DNA from: an uncultured bacterium
GTDB taxonomy: Bacteria > SAR324 > NAC60-12
Length of the DNA stretch: 31,078 nucleotides
NCBI GenBank assembly: GCA_965662235.1
Contig: CBFIGY010000033.1
Span: 1-31,078, forward strand
Reading direction: 5' to 3'
The notes under the pieces are model-generated. The model worked only from the letters and a program-made list of their open reading frames with translations. It did not search any database and was not told where the DNA came from. Positions 17,401 to 26,997 of the stretch are shown here, one piece after another. The first letter of the stretch is position 1; every line of letters starts with the position of its first letter. The position numbers were made by a program, and so were the translations under genes.

Positions 17401-18186
17401 TCAGGCAAAGAGGGAGGTCGATTCTTTGAGCATCTGCATCACTTGCGGAACGGTTTCAGCTTCGTCCCCTTCAAACTTGCGGCCTTCCTTCTGCAGCTGC
17501 GGCGTGTCGTAGCCCAGGGTTTCAATCATCAGACCATCGGTGCTGAGGACGCTGGCATCGAGGCCGAGGGAATCGAGAGGCACCTCTTCCATGGGCTTCT
17601 TCTTGGCCATCATGATGCCCCGCATGGAAGCGAGTCGAGCTTCGGCCATGCTGTCGTTGACGGTTGCCAGTCCGGGAAGGGCCATCTTGAAGATTTCAGT
17701 GCCTGCGTCTCCCTTGCGGCGCAGGGTGACTTCGCTGTCGGAGAGGTCCGAGAAGCCGGTGATGTTGGTCACCTGAGGCAGGTTGAGGAACTCTGCCAGC
17801 ATGGTGGGGGTGAGTCCTGAATCCGAATCCTGGGCCTGTTTGCCGGCGAGCACGAGGTCGAAGGAACGGCCTTCCAGCACCTTGGCCAGGACGGAGGCGG
17901 TCTGGAACGAGTCCCAGCCTTCGGTGGAATCGCAGGAGACATGAATGGCCTTGTGGGCGCCAATGGCTAGGGCCTTGCGGAGGGCTTCCTGGACCCGGTC
18001 TGGGCCAATCGAAAGCACCGTGACCTCGCCGCCAGCGGCTTCTGTCATCTGCAGGGCGGCTTCGAGGGCGGTTTCATCCCAGCCTCCAATGACCCAGCTT
18101 ACCCCATCTTCCACCAGAGCCCCGTCCTTGACCTTGATGTTCAGGGCCACATCCGGGGTCTGCTTGATCAGCACAATGATATCCAT
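17401..18186 (-). CDS. etfB: Electron transfer flavoprotein beta subunit
   Basis: IVLIKQTPD, DETALEAAL, ALAIGA, LAGKQAQDSDSG, RLASMRGIMMAKKKP. Confidence 0.96.
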   Translation of the reverse strand: MDIIVLIKQTPDVALNIKVKDGALVEDGVSWVIGGWDETALEAALQMTEAAGGEVTVLSIGPDRVQEALRKALAIGAHKAIHVSCDSTEGWDSFQTASVLAKVLEGRSFDLVLAGKQAQDSDSGLTPTMLAEFLNLPQVTNITGFSDLSDSEVTLRRKGDAGTEIFKMALPGLATVNDSMAEARLASMRGIMMAKKKPMEEVPLDSLGLDASVLSTDGLMIETLGYDTPQLQKEGRKFEGDEAETVPQVMQMLKESTSLFA

Positions 18187-18336
18187 GTTCAGCTCTACAG
18201 AGGGCGACCCAGGCAGGCGCAGGGACCTGTAGTCGCGTTGTTGTTAGGGTGAGGGAAATGGAAAGCGGGCTTCCACTTCAGATGGCCTTTAGGCCCTTCA
18301 GTGTAGCGGATTGCGGAGTCCTCCGCCACTGTTGCG

Positions 18337-18867
18337 TCAGGGGGCGTCCAAGACGGGAATGGGGATGAGGCGGAAGGGGTGTCCGGTGGCCTGAAAGAAG
18401 CGTTCCAGGCTGTCCAGAGGAAGCTGGAGGGTGCTGGTGTTGATGAGGGGATGGCAGAGGATGCAGCGTTCTTGCCAGAGGTCCTCATCAATCAAAACCT
18501 CCACCTGGTGGTCGGGATCGTGGAAGAGACCGAGGAGGCTGACGGCTCCGGGTTCAAGGCCCAGGTGCTCCTTCAGGCGTTCCGCAGAGCCAAAGCTCAG
18601 CTTGCTGGATCCGGTGACGGCCGACAGGCGCTTGAGGTCCACGCGTTTGTCCTCTTCCACGGTCACCAAGAAGTGCCGCTCGCCCTTCTTGTCCCGTAAA
18701 AAGAGGTTCTTGGTCTTTCCACCTTCCATGTCAGGACTGAGGGCCTTGGACTCTTCAACGGTGAAGACCGCCGGGTGGTCAAAGCGGGTGTAGGCCAGTT
18801 GGTGCTGCTCAAGGAACGCGTAGAGGTCCGAGACCAGGGTGTCTTCAGAGGAGGGGGCGTGGGACAT
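18337..18867 (-). CDS. ProX/PrdX-type (YbaK superfamily) aminoacyl-tRNA deacylase
   Basis: HPAVFTVEE, TKNLFLRDKK, VDLKRL, LSFGSAERL, LGLEPGAVS, HPLINTST. Start at MSHAP (18867). Confidence 0.9.
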   Translation of the reverse strand: MSHAPSSEDTLVSDLYAFLEQHQLAYTRFDHPAVFTVEESKALSPDMEGGKTKNLFLRDKKGERHFLVTVEEDKRVDLKRLSAVTGSSKLSFGSAERLKEHLGLEPGAVSLLGLFHDPDHQVEVLIDEDLWQERCILCHPLINTSTLQLPLDSLERFFQATGHPFRLIPIPVLDAP

Positions 18868-18871
18868 GGAT

Positions 18872-19639
18872 TCAGTAGGAGGCTTCTTCAACTTCTTCCA
18901 TCTGCTCAATGAACCGATGGACGGCTTCTGTGAGGGCGGAGCGCATCTCGGCACGTTCCTCGGCATCAGCGCACTGGAGGATCTGCTCGGCGTAGGTGGT
19001 GAGCTGCTGCAGGGACTCGTGCAGCTGCGCGTCGTCCATGCGGTAGTACCAGTGGGAGGCTGGCTCCTCGTCTTCTGTTTCAGGAATCTGCAGGGTCTGC
19101 TCCTCCTTGTAACGCTTCAGCGTCTCCCGGAGTTCCCGGATGGAAGGGGCGGCCTTGTCTCCCCGGGCTTCATTCCAGATGCGCTCTCGCTCCTCCGGAG
19201 TGTCGCAACTGCTGAGGAGGTAGGCGCCGGAGGCGGTGTAGCGTCCAATGAGCTCAGGCTGCTCGGCATAGGTCTCTGCCACCTTGCGACACTGCATGGC
19301 CGAAGAGTAGGGCATGTTGATGTTTTCGGCATACCACGACTTGACCTGATCGGTGGTCAGTCCGGACTTCCGCAACGCCCGGTGCAGGGCGCTCAGGTGG
19401 AGGCCGAGCTGAAAGTAGTCATCGGCAATGTTGTCGATGTAGCGGTTGATCTGGTCCACCACGAGCTTCATGCGCTCGGTGCCTTCATCAACCTGGTCGG
19501 GGTGAAGCTCAAGCTCAGGCACAAAGAAGGTGCTCCGGTGGACGTTCACCGGAGGGGCAACCGGGTCCAGCAGCTCCGTGGAGCCTTCTTGCTGAATGGC
19601 GGACTGGGACTTGAGTTCGATGTTAAGTGCCTTGGCCAT
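18872..19639 (-). CDS. Hypothetical acidic helical protein, ParA partner (DUF3102-like segment)
   Basis: 255 aa from ATG 19639, overlapping parA by 17 nt; YFQLGLHL...KSWYAENINMPYSSAMQCRKVA resembles DUF3102-type helix-turn-helix segments. Confidence 0.65.
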   Translation of the reverse strand: MAKALNIELKSQSAIQQEGSTELLDPVAPPVNVHRSTFFVPELELHPDQVDEGTERMKLVVDQINRYIDNIADDYFQLGLHLSALHRALRKSGLTTDQVKSWYAENINMPYSSAMQCRKVAETYAEQPELIGRYTASGAYLLSSCDTPEERERIWNEARGDKAAPSIRELRETLKRYKEEQTLQIPETEDEEPASHWYYRMDDAQLHESLQQLTTYAEQILQCADAEERAEMRSALTEAVHRFIEQMEEVEEASY

Positions 19640-20417
19640 GGCTCCGTCGCTCCTTTTCCCGGTGTGCAATGCGGCGCATGATTTCCTTGCAGAGGGCGTC
19701 ATACATGTAGGCTCCGCGGGTGCGTCCTCCGCGGTAGTCAAAGATGTTCTGGTGAAACGCAGGGGCTTCTTGAATGGAGACGCTCTCCTCGATGTGGTGC
19801 TCAAACATCAGCTCCGGCCAGCGTTCCTGCAGGCCCTTGCGGATGGTCTGCGAGAGGTTGGTCCGGGGGTTGTAGCGGGTGATGGCGACCCCCAGGATCT
19901 CGGCCTTGCACTGTCCCAGGGACTGCTTCTGGAACTCGGCAATGTACTCCATGATCTGGTCACAGCCACTGTAGCCCAGGTAATCCGTCACCACAGGAAC
20001 AATGATGTAGTCCACGTACATGAGCAGGTTCCGGCTCAGGTCGCTCCAGCTGGGGGCCGTGTCGACAATGACAATTCCTTGGGTGATGGGCGCTAGGATC
20101 TCCCGCAGGAGGATGTCCTTCTGCCGAGACTGAGCGAGCAGCTGCGTGGCTTCCACAATGTCGGTTCCTCCGGAGGGAAGGAAGTGGAAGTGCTTGTCTA
20201 GGGTGAGGAAGTCGAAGGTCTTGACGCGTCCCAGAATGATGTTGGCAAGGTTGCAGACGTGGTCACGCTGAAAGATGGTCGTCACGTTCGCTTGAACATC
20301 CGAATCAATCAGCAGCACCTCCCGGCGGGCCTTGGCAATGCGGGCTGCCAGGTTGACGGAAAGGCTGGTCTTGGCCTGTCCACCTTTCATGGACATCACA
20401 GCGATTTTGATGCTCAC
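19623..20417 (-). CDS. ParA/Soj/MinD family ATPase with deviant Walker A
   Basis: MKGGQAKTS, LLIDSDVQAN, IVDTAPS, IIVPV, EAP; GTG start with GGAG RBS. Confidence 0.9.
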   Translation of the reverse strand: MSIKIAVMSMKGGQAKTSLSVNLAARIAKARREVLLIDSDVQANVTTIFQRDHVCNLANIILGRVKTFDFLTLDKHFHFLPSGGTDIVEATQLLAQSRQKDILLREILAPITQGIVIVDTAPSWSDLSRNLLMYVDYIIVPVVTDYLGYSGCDQIMEYIAEFQKQSLGQCKAEILGVAITRYNPRTNLSQTIRKGLQERWPELMFEHHIEESVSIQEAPAFHQNIFDYRGGRTRGAYMYDALCKEIMRRIAHREKERRSHGQGT

Positions 20418-20634
20418 GCAGCTCCAGGGAGAGGTCTTGAATGCTTGAACGCAAAAGCTTATGAAAGTAGCAACGTCCGGTCAAAAGACAAGCTGACTCA
20501 CCACCGTCTTGAAAATCCGTTCGGGACACCGGCCTTCCCCTTGGCGTTCGGCAGGACCCGTGGCAGAATGGGGCCGTTGTTTTCCCCGCCCAGGGCCCTG
20601 GCCCTGTTGAACCCTTCTTGCCACAAGGACCCCG

Positions 20635-22167
20635 ATGATGGACTTTCTCAAGCGACTTGGACTCGACTCCCTTCTTTCCGGTGCTGTGACCGGTTCCCAG
20701 GCTCATGCCTGCACTGGCCCGACGTTAACGGTCACCTCACCGATCGACGGTCGAGAACTCGCACAGGTGCAGCAGGCCGGGGTTCCGGAGTATGAAGCGC
20801 TTGTGCAGCAGGCTCAGGAGGCCTTTCAGGTGTGGCGCACCACGCCGGCGCCGCAGCGGGGCGAGGTGGTCCGGCAGATCGGAGAAGCCGTCCGGGCGCA
20901 CAAGCAGGACCTAGGCGCCCTGGTCTCCTGGGAGGTGGGCAAGATCACTCAGGAGGGCGAGGGCGAGGTTCAGGAGATGATCGACATCTGTGACTTTGCT
21001 GTGGGACTGTCGCGTCAGCTCTATGGCCTCACCATGACTTCTGAGCGTCCGGGGCATCGGATGTTTGAGCAGTGGCACCCGCTGGGCCCCATTGGGATTG
21101 TGACTGCGTTCAACTTCCCGGTGGCGGTGTGGTCGTGGAATGCCATGCTTGCTGCCGTCTGTGGCAACACGATGATCTGGAAGCCAAGCCCGCAGGCGCC
21201 GCTGTGTGCGCTGGCTCTGCAGAAGATTGCCGGCGCCGTGCTGGAACGCAACGGACTGCCCGCAGGCGTCTTCAACACCATCGTGGGCTCTAACGAAACC
21301 ATTGCGACCCGACTGGTGGAAGACCCCCGCCTGCCTCTGATTTCAGCCACCGGTTCCACGGCAATGGGAAAGGTGGTGGGACAAAAGGTGGCCGCCCGTC
21401 TGGGACGCTCGTTGCTGGAGCTCGGAGGCAACAATGCCATCATCCTCACACCCAGCGCCGACCTGAAGCTGGCGGTGCCCGGAATCGTCTTTGGGGCCGT
21501 GGGCACCTGTGGCCAGCGCTGCACCAGCACCCGGCGGTTGATCATCCACGACTCCATCTATGAAGACGTCAAGGCACGTCTGGTCCGGGCCTACCAGCAG
21601 CTGGATGCCCGCATTGGGGACCCCACGCAGGAAGGCACGTTGATTGGTCCCATGATTGATTCGGCGGCTGTGGATCGGTTCCTGGCAGCGATTGAGACGG
21701 TCCGGTCCAGTGGCGGAACCCTCTTGCACGGAGGAGAGCGGGTGCCCGGGATGCCCTCGGACCGGTACGTGCGGCCGGCGTTGGCCGAGGCGGAAAACGA
21801 CTGGCCGGTGGTGCAGCAGGAAACCTTTGGGCCGTTGCTGTACCTCATCCGCTACCACACCTTGGACGAGGCCCTGGCGCTGCAAAACGGGGTGCCGCAG
21901 GGGCTGTCTTCTGCGATCTTTACCCAAAACCTGCTGGAGTCAGAGCAGTTCCTCAGTGCCGCAGGGTCCGACTGCGGATTGGCCAATGTCAACATTGGCA
22001 CCTCCGGAGCAGAGATTGGAGGCGCTTTTGGAGGAGAGAAGGAAACCGGCGGAGGTCGGGAGTCCGGATCTGATGCCTGGAAGGCGTACATGCGGCGCCA
22101 GACCAACACCCTCAATTATTCTTCGGAACTGCCGCTCGCCCAGGGCATTCGTTTTGACCTCGACTGA
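20635..22167 (+). CDS. Aldehyde dehydrogenase family 7 (piperideine-6-carboxylate / aminoadipate-semialdehyde dehydrogenase-like)
   Basis: EGEGEVQEMIDICDFAVGLSRQLYG, TAFNFPVAVW, LELGGNN, catalytic GQRCT, GTSGAEIGGAFGGEKETGGGRESGSDAWKAY. Confidence 0.93.
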   Translation: MMDFLKRLGLDSLLSGAVTGSQAHACTGPTLTVTSPIDGRELAQVQQAGVPEYEALVQQAQEAFQVWRTTPAPQRGEVVRQIGEAVRAHKQDLGALVSWEVGKITQEGEGEVQEMIDICDFAVGLSRQLYGLTMTSERPGHRMFEQWHPLGPIGIVTAFNFPVAVWSWNAMLAAVCGNTMIWKPSPQAPLCALALQKIAGAVLERNGLPAGVFNTIVGSNETIATRLVEDPRLPLISATGSTAMGKVVGQKVAARLGRSLLELGGNNAIILTPSADLKLAVPGIVFGAVGTCGQRCTSTRRLIIHDSIYEDVKARLVRAYQQLDARIGDPTQEGTLIGPMIDSAAVDRFLAAIETVRSSGGTLLHGGERVPGMPSDRYVRPALAEAENDWPVVQQETFGPLLYLIRYHTLDEALALQNGVPQGLSSAIFTQNLLESEQFLSAAGSDCGLANVNIGTSGAEIGGAFGGEKETGGGRESGSDAWKAYMRRQTNTLNYSSELPLAQGIRFDLD

Positions 22168-22280
22168 CACGGGTCGGTGACACGTGTTGTGAACCAGTGC
22201 CGGGGTCTGGAAAACGGGCCTCGGACGTTTCCATGCTGCCCCTGCCTGGTGCAAAGGGGCCCCTCACTTAGGTGATCCCC

Positions 22281-23051
22281 ATGATGCCCCTATCCCCCCA
22301 TTCTGCCCTGCGGCAGCAGTTCCTCGAGGAAGGTTACCTCGCCCTTCAGTCCCTCTTTCCGGAAGAGCAGCTCAGGGAGCTTCAGCAGGAGGTGGCCCGG
22401 TTCCTCCGGGAGGTGGTTCCCACCTTGCCCAACACGCAGGTGTACTATGAGGACAAGCAGGACCCCTCAACGCTCAAGCAGGTGCAGAAGCTCTTTGAGC
22501 ATGACGCGTTTTTTCAGAAGCTGATGCTTGAGGGGCCGATTCGGGAGCTTGCGGAAACGGTGCTGGAGGACGATGTGCGGCCGGTGAACCTGCAGTACTT
22601 CAACAAGCCTCCTGGGGTGGGAAAGGGAACCCCGCCGCATCAGGATGGGTATTACTTCCACCTGTCTCCATGTGAAGCCGTCACCGGGTGGCTGGCGTTG
22701 GATGCAGTGGATGAAGAAAACGGGTGCCTCCACTACGTCCGGGGCTCGCACCGGGCAAAGGAGCTGCGGCCTCATGGCCCCACTCAGCTCCTAGGATTCT
22801 CCCAGGGCATCACGGACTTTGGAACAGAAGCCGATCGAGCCGGCGATGTGGCGCTTCCGGGAGCCGCCGGCACCTTCCTGCTGCATCACGCCCGAACCAT
22901 TCACTGGGCAGGCCCCAACCGGTCGGCGACCCGACCCCGTCGGGCCCTAGGCTTCATTTACTACGCCCAGCGGGCTCAGGTGAATCAGCAGGCCCAGGAG
23001 GCATATCAGCAGGCGCTGGATGCCCGCTTAACCCAGACTCAGCAGATCTGA
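22281..23051 (+). CDS. PhyH family Fe(II)/2-oxoglutarate dioxygenase
   Basis: FNKPPG, TPPHQDG (HxD), WLALD...EENGCL.YVRGSH, IHWAGPNRS..RR. AGGTGA RBS favours ATG 22281. Confidence 0.9.
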   Translation: MMPLSPHSALRQQFLEEGYLALQSLFPEEQLRELQQEVARFLREVVPTLPNTQVYYEDKQDPSTLKQVQKLFEHDAFFQKLMLEGPIRELAETVLEDDVRPVNLQYFNKPPGVGKGTPPHQDGYYFHLSPCEAVTGWLALDAVDEENGCLHYVRGSHRAKELRPHGPTQLLGFSQGITDFGTEADRAGDVALPGAAGTFLLHHARTIHWAGPNRSATRPRRALGFIYYAQRAQVNQQAQEAYQQALDARLTQTQQI

Positions 23052-23113
23052 GGTGGTCCCTGCTCCAGCCCCCTCATTCTTTTAACCGAAGACCCCACCA
23101 ATGAAGGAGCTTC

Positions 23114-24013
23114 ATGCCTGAAGACCTGCCGAAGTTTTATGAAACCTTCCTTCCGATCCTCGAGGTCCTTTCCTCTGGGGAGCCGATTCACTACAACGAG
23201 CTGCGGAAACAGGTCCGAGATCGTTACTACGCCCACCTACCCCCAGACCTGCTTGCCCAAAGAACCCAAAGCGGGGACCTGCTGATCCTGAACCGAGTCG
23301 GGTGGGGAAAGGCGTACCTCAAGAAGGGGGCGTATGTTCATCAGCCGAAGCGGGCCCTGGTCCAGATTACGGAGAAAGGACAGCAGGCGCTTGCCAGAGG
23401 AGAACTGACCCTGAAGCAGTTGAAGGAAGATCCAGTGTACCAACAGAACCAGGTTCCACCGCACCTCAAGCGACCCGGGACAGAGTCGTCGTCTTTGTCA
23501 GAAGACGCCACCCCTCAGGACTTGATCGACCAGGGCTTTGCCCTCCTGGAACATGACCTGCGGGTGGAACTCCATGAGAAGCTGAAGCAGACGGACCCCT
23601 ACTTTTTTGAAAAAGTGGTTCTTCGGCTGCTGAAGAAGATGGGGTATGGGGACTTCATTGAGACCAAGAAGTCAGGAGATGGAGGGATTGATGGGATCAT
23701 CCATCAGGATCAGCTGGGGTTGGATCAGATTTACCTTCAGGCCAAGCGGTATTCTGAAGCCAAGGTCAGGGAGAAGGACATTCGGAACTTCATTGGGGCG
23801 ATGAGCGGAGACACCACAAAAGGGGTGTTTGTGACAACGTCTTCTTTTGACGAAGGGGCCGTGCAGAAAGCGAAAGAGGCGCACCACCAGATCATCCTCA
23901 TTGACGGAGAGCGACTTTCGGCGCTCATGTGTCAGTTTGGTGTCGGGGTTCAGGTGGCAAACACGTACGAGGTGAAGGAGGTGGATCAGGATTTTTTTGA
24001 GATCGGCCTGTAA
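23114..24013 (+). CDS. mrr: Mrr family (type IV) restriction endonuclease
   Basis: Mrr N-terminal domain (LPKF...FLPILEVL, NRVGWGKAYLKK), catalytic SGDGGIDG...YLQAKRY, GVFVTTSSF, LIDGERL. Confidence 0.93.
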   Translation: MPEDLPKFYETFLPILEVLSSGEPIHYNELRKQVRDRYYAHLPPDLLAQRTQSGDLLILNRVGWGKAYLKKGAYVHQPKRALVQITEKGQQALARGELTLKQLKEDPVYQQNQVPPHLKRPGTESSSLSEDATPQDLIDQGFALLEHDLRVELHEKLKQTDPYFFEKVVLRLLKKMGYGDFIETKKSGDGGIDGIIHQDQLGLDQIYLQAKRYSEAKVREKDIRNFIGAMSGDTTKGVFVTTSSFDEGAVQKAKEAHHQIILIDGERLSALMCQFGVGVQVANTYEVKEVDQDFFEIGL

Positions 24014-24160
24014 GCCTCAGAGGACAGCCCACCCGCTTGGGCGGAGACGCAACTTTCCGGTTTCCTGAGACGTCAATCGTGGTAGGGTAGCGCTCCAGGC
24101 GATTCGGAGGACCGGATGGCTGTTGGACGTTTGACGGAACCCCTGACTGAGGAGGTCTTC

Positions 24161-24622
24161 ATGCTCCCTGCTCCTGCACTTCGGCACCTCTGTGACCTGA
24201 CGGTGGAACTGGATCCCATTCTGGAACTGGGGCCTGCCCCTGAGGGAAAGCGCCGCATCATCCCCATTGTGGGCGGTTCGTTTTCTGGAGAGCGTTTGCA
24301 AGGACGCCTGCTGCACCTGGGCGCAGACTGGCAGTGGGTCCGTCCGGATGCAGTGGCGGAGCTGGACGCCCGTTACGCGATGGAAACAGACGACGGGGCC
24401 TTGATTGAGATCCGCAACTTTGGGTACCGGCATGGGCCACCGGACATCCTAGAGGCCCTGGCTCGGGGGGAGGAGCCGGCTCCGGAAACGTACTACATGC
24501 GGACCCTGGCCCAGCTGGTCACCGGCGATGAGCGGTACCGGTGGTTGAACCGGATCCTGTGCCTGGGAACCGGAGCCCGCAAGGCCCGCGCCGTGGAACT
24601 CACCCTCTATGAGGTGGAGTAG
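24161..24622 (+). CDS. DUF3237 (UPF0311) family protein
   Basis: RRIIPIVGGSF.G..L.G, GADWQ, LDARY.METDDGALI, YYMRT, YRWLN; GGAGG RBS before ATG 24161. Confidence 0.9.
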   Translation: MLPAPALRHLCDLTVELDPILELGPAPEGKRRIIPIVGGSFSGERLQGRLLHLGADWQWVRPDAVAELDARYAMETDDGALIEIRNFGYRHGPPDILEALARGEEPAPETYYMRTLAQLVTGDERYRWLNRILCLGTGARKARAVELTLYEVE

Positions 24623-24648
24623 GGGGGCGGGCGCTGAGGAGGAACGGG

Positions 24649-25671
24649 TTACGCCTGGTCGAAGAGGATGTGGACCTTGACGGTTTTCTCTGGGGAGCCG
24701 TCGGCGGTTTCAAAGGCCTCTAGGGCATTGGTGGCAGCAAACTCGTGACTGATCAGACTTTCTCCGTCCACCAGCCCCTGAGCAAACCAGTCGAGCACCG
24801 CCGGGATCAACCCCTTGTTGAGGCGGGAGGCGTAGAGGGAAAGCTCCTTCTTGATGAGGTCCTGCTGCTTGATCGGCACCGGTTCCGGAGAGAAACTCAG
24901 CAGCCCGATCCGTCCAGCCGGGGCCACCAGTTCAATGGCCTGAGGGAGGATCTGAGGGATGCCCGCACAGTCCACTACCAACGAGGGGCCGTCTCCCTGG
25001 GTGAGGTCGTTCAGGGCCTCTGAAAGCTCAGGGCTTTGTGGATCAAAGGTGAGGGAGGCGCCCGCCTGTTCCGCCCGTTGACGGCGCTCGGCCCCGGGTT
25101 CCACAACCACCACCTGAGCGCCCTTCATGCGGGCCACCTGGACCGCGGTGAGGCCCATGGTGCCTGCGCCAAAGATCAGAGCCCATTCCTGTTCCCGGAC
25201 CTCGGTCCGTCCCAAAACATTTGCTGCAATCGAGTAGGGCTCCGCCATGGCGGCGAGTCGGTCTGAAACCTGATCAGGAACCGCGTGGGCGTTCCGGGCC
25301 GGCAAGACGGCGTAGTCGGCCATGCCGCCGTCTCGGTGCACGCCGATGACCTGAAGGTTCCGGCAGACGTTGGGACGTCCAATGGTGCAGGCCTGGCAGG
25401 TGCCGCAGTTGACCACCGGATCAATGACGACCCGGGCGCCGACCGTTAGGGTTTCCACCTCGGGGCCCACCGCTTCCACGATGCCCATGAACTCGTGTCC
25501 GACCACCCGCGGGTAGGTGGCAAAGGGGTTCAGTCCGTGGTAGATGTGCAGGTCTGACCCGCAGATCCCGGCTCGCCGCACCCGAACCCGCACCTCTCCT
25601 GGTCCGGGGGATGGTTGAGGCTTTTCTGAAAGGTTCAGGGCTTCAGGACGATCAACACTGACAGCAAACAT
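24649..25671 (-). CDS. Zinc-dependent sugar-acid dehydrogenase (RspB / L-gulonate 5-dehydrogenase-like)
   Basis: GICGSDLH, YPRVVGHE, structural Zn CGTCQAC...C, GVHRDGG, GAGTMG, KKEL...SRL. Confidence 0.88.
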   Translation of the reverse strand: MFAVSVDRPEALNLSEKPQPSPGPGEVRVRVRRAGICGSDLHIYHGLNPFATYPRVVGHEFMGIVEAVGPEVETLTVGARVVIDPVVNCGTCQACTIGRPNVCRNLQVIGVHRDGGMADYAVLPARNAHAVPDQVSDRLAAMAEPYSIAANVLGRTEVREQEWALIFGAGTMGLTAVQVARMKGAQVVVVEPGAERRQRAEQAGASLTFDPQSPELSEALNDLTQGDGPSLVVDCAGIPQILPQAIELVAPAGRIGLLSFSPEPVPIKQQDLIKKELSLYASRLNKGLIPAVLDWFAQGLVDGESLISHEFAATNALEAFETADGSPEKTVKVHILFDQA

Positions 25672-25719
25672 AGGAAGGTTCCTTGAGGAAGGTCGTGGAA
25701 GGACTGAGGCGGCAGGTCC

Positions 25720-26997
25720 TCAGTCGAGAAGAAGGTTCGGGAGCCAGGTGGCCACTGGGGGGAAGTAGGAAACCAGCAGCAGCACCAGGATGTTGGACAC
25801 CAGGTACGGGACAATGGCCTTGATCACCGGCGTCAGGGGGAGCTTCGCAATGTTGGCACAGATGAACAGGCACACCCCGACCGGAGGCGTGGTGAGGCCA
25901 ATCATCAGGTTCAAGACAGCGAAGGTGGCAAAGTGCACCGGATCAATGCCCACACTCTGAGCCAGCGTCAGCAACGGGACAAAGAGGATGATCAAGGCGG
26001 CGATGGTCTCCATGACCATGCCCACAAACAGCAATAGGATGTTGATGAGGAGGATGACCAGGTACTTGTTTTCGGTGATGGAGAGGACCGACGACGCGAT
26101 CATCTGAGGAATCCGCTCAGAAACAAGGATCCACCCAAAGACATTGGCGAGCCCAACCAGGACAAGGATGGCTGCCGAGGTCACCGCGCTGTCCAGCAGA
26201 ATCCGGGGGACCGCTTTCACAGGGAGTTCCCGGTAGATCAGGGACCCGACGATCAGGGCATAGACGCTTGCGACCACTGCGGTCTCGGTGGGCGTGGTGA
26301 CTCCACTCAGCAGACCACCGATGATCAGGGCGGTCATCGCCAAGGCCCAGAAGGCGCCAAAGAAGGAGCGGATGAGCTCCGGAAAGCCCTCCCAGGGCTG
26401 TCGCGGGTACTCGTTTCGCCGGGCAATGATGTAGGTGGTGATCATCATGGCAACACCCATGAGCAGTCCCGGAATTGCGCCGGCCAGAAACATCTTTCCC
26501 ACCGACACTCCGGTCAGGGCTCCGACGATGATCATGGGGACAGACGGAGGAATGATCGGGCCAACGGTGGAGGACGCAGCGGTGACGGCTGCGGAGAAGC
26601 TGGCCGGGTAGCCGGCCTTGACCATGCCCGGAATCATCACGCCCCCAATGGAAGCCGCGTCGGCGACGGCGGTTCCGGAGACGCCTCCAAACAGCATCGA
26701 CCCGGCCACATTGGAAAGCCCCAACCCGCCTCGTGCCCACCCGACCAGTGAGTTGGCAAAGCGGATGATGCGTTCCGTGATGCCCCCTCGGTTCATCAGG
26801 TTTCCTGCCAAAATGAAACCCGGAATGCAGAGCAGGACAAAGACGTCCATGCCGGCATACATCTTCTGCGGAATGACCACTAGGGGAATGCCTGCCGAAA
26901 GCAGGTAGGCCATGGAGGCGAGTCCCAACGTGATGGCCACCGGAATGCCAATGAGCAGTCCTCCAGCAAAGACCGCGATCAGAAGTGTCAGGCTCAT
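25720..26997 (-). CDS. TRAP transporter large permease (DctM)
   Basis: IPGFILAGNLM, GGVSGTAVAD, IIPPS, TPTE, GLTTPPVG. Confidence 0.96.
   Translation of the reverse strand: MSLTLLIAVFAGGLLIGIPVAITLGLASMAYLLSAGIPLVVIPQKMYAGMDVFVLLCIPGFILAGNLMNRGGITERIIRFANSLVGWARGGLGLSNVAGSMLFGGVSGTAVADAASIGGVMIPGMVKAGYPASFSAAVTAASSTVGPIIPPSVPMIIVGALTGVSVGKMFLAGAIPGLLMGVAMMITTYIIARRNEYPRQPWEGFPELIRSFFGAFWALAMTALIIGGLLSGVTTPTETAVVASVYALIVGSLIYRELPVKAVPRILLDSAVTSAAILVLVGLANVFGWILVSERIPQMIASSVLSITENKYLVILLINILLLFVGMVMETIAALIILFVPLLTLAQSVGIDPVHFATFAVLNLMIGLTTPPVGVCLFICANIAKLPLTPVIKAIVPYLVSNILVLLLVSYFPPVATWLPNLLLD

Noticed and set aside
18872..20417. Plasmid or prophage partition cassette
   Set aside because: No rep, integrase, phage genes or att-like repeats nearby; composition matches the flanks.
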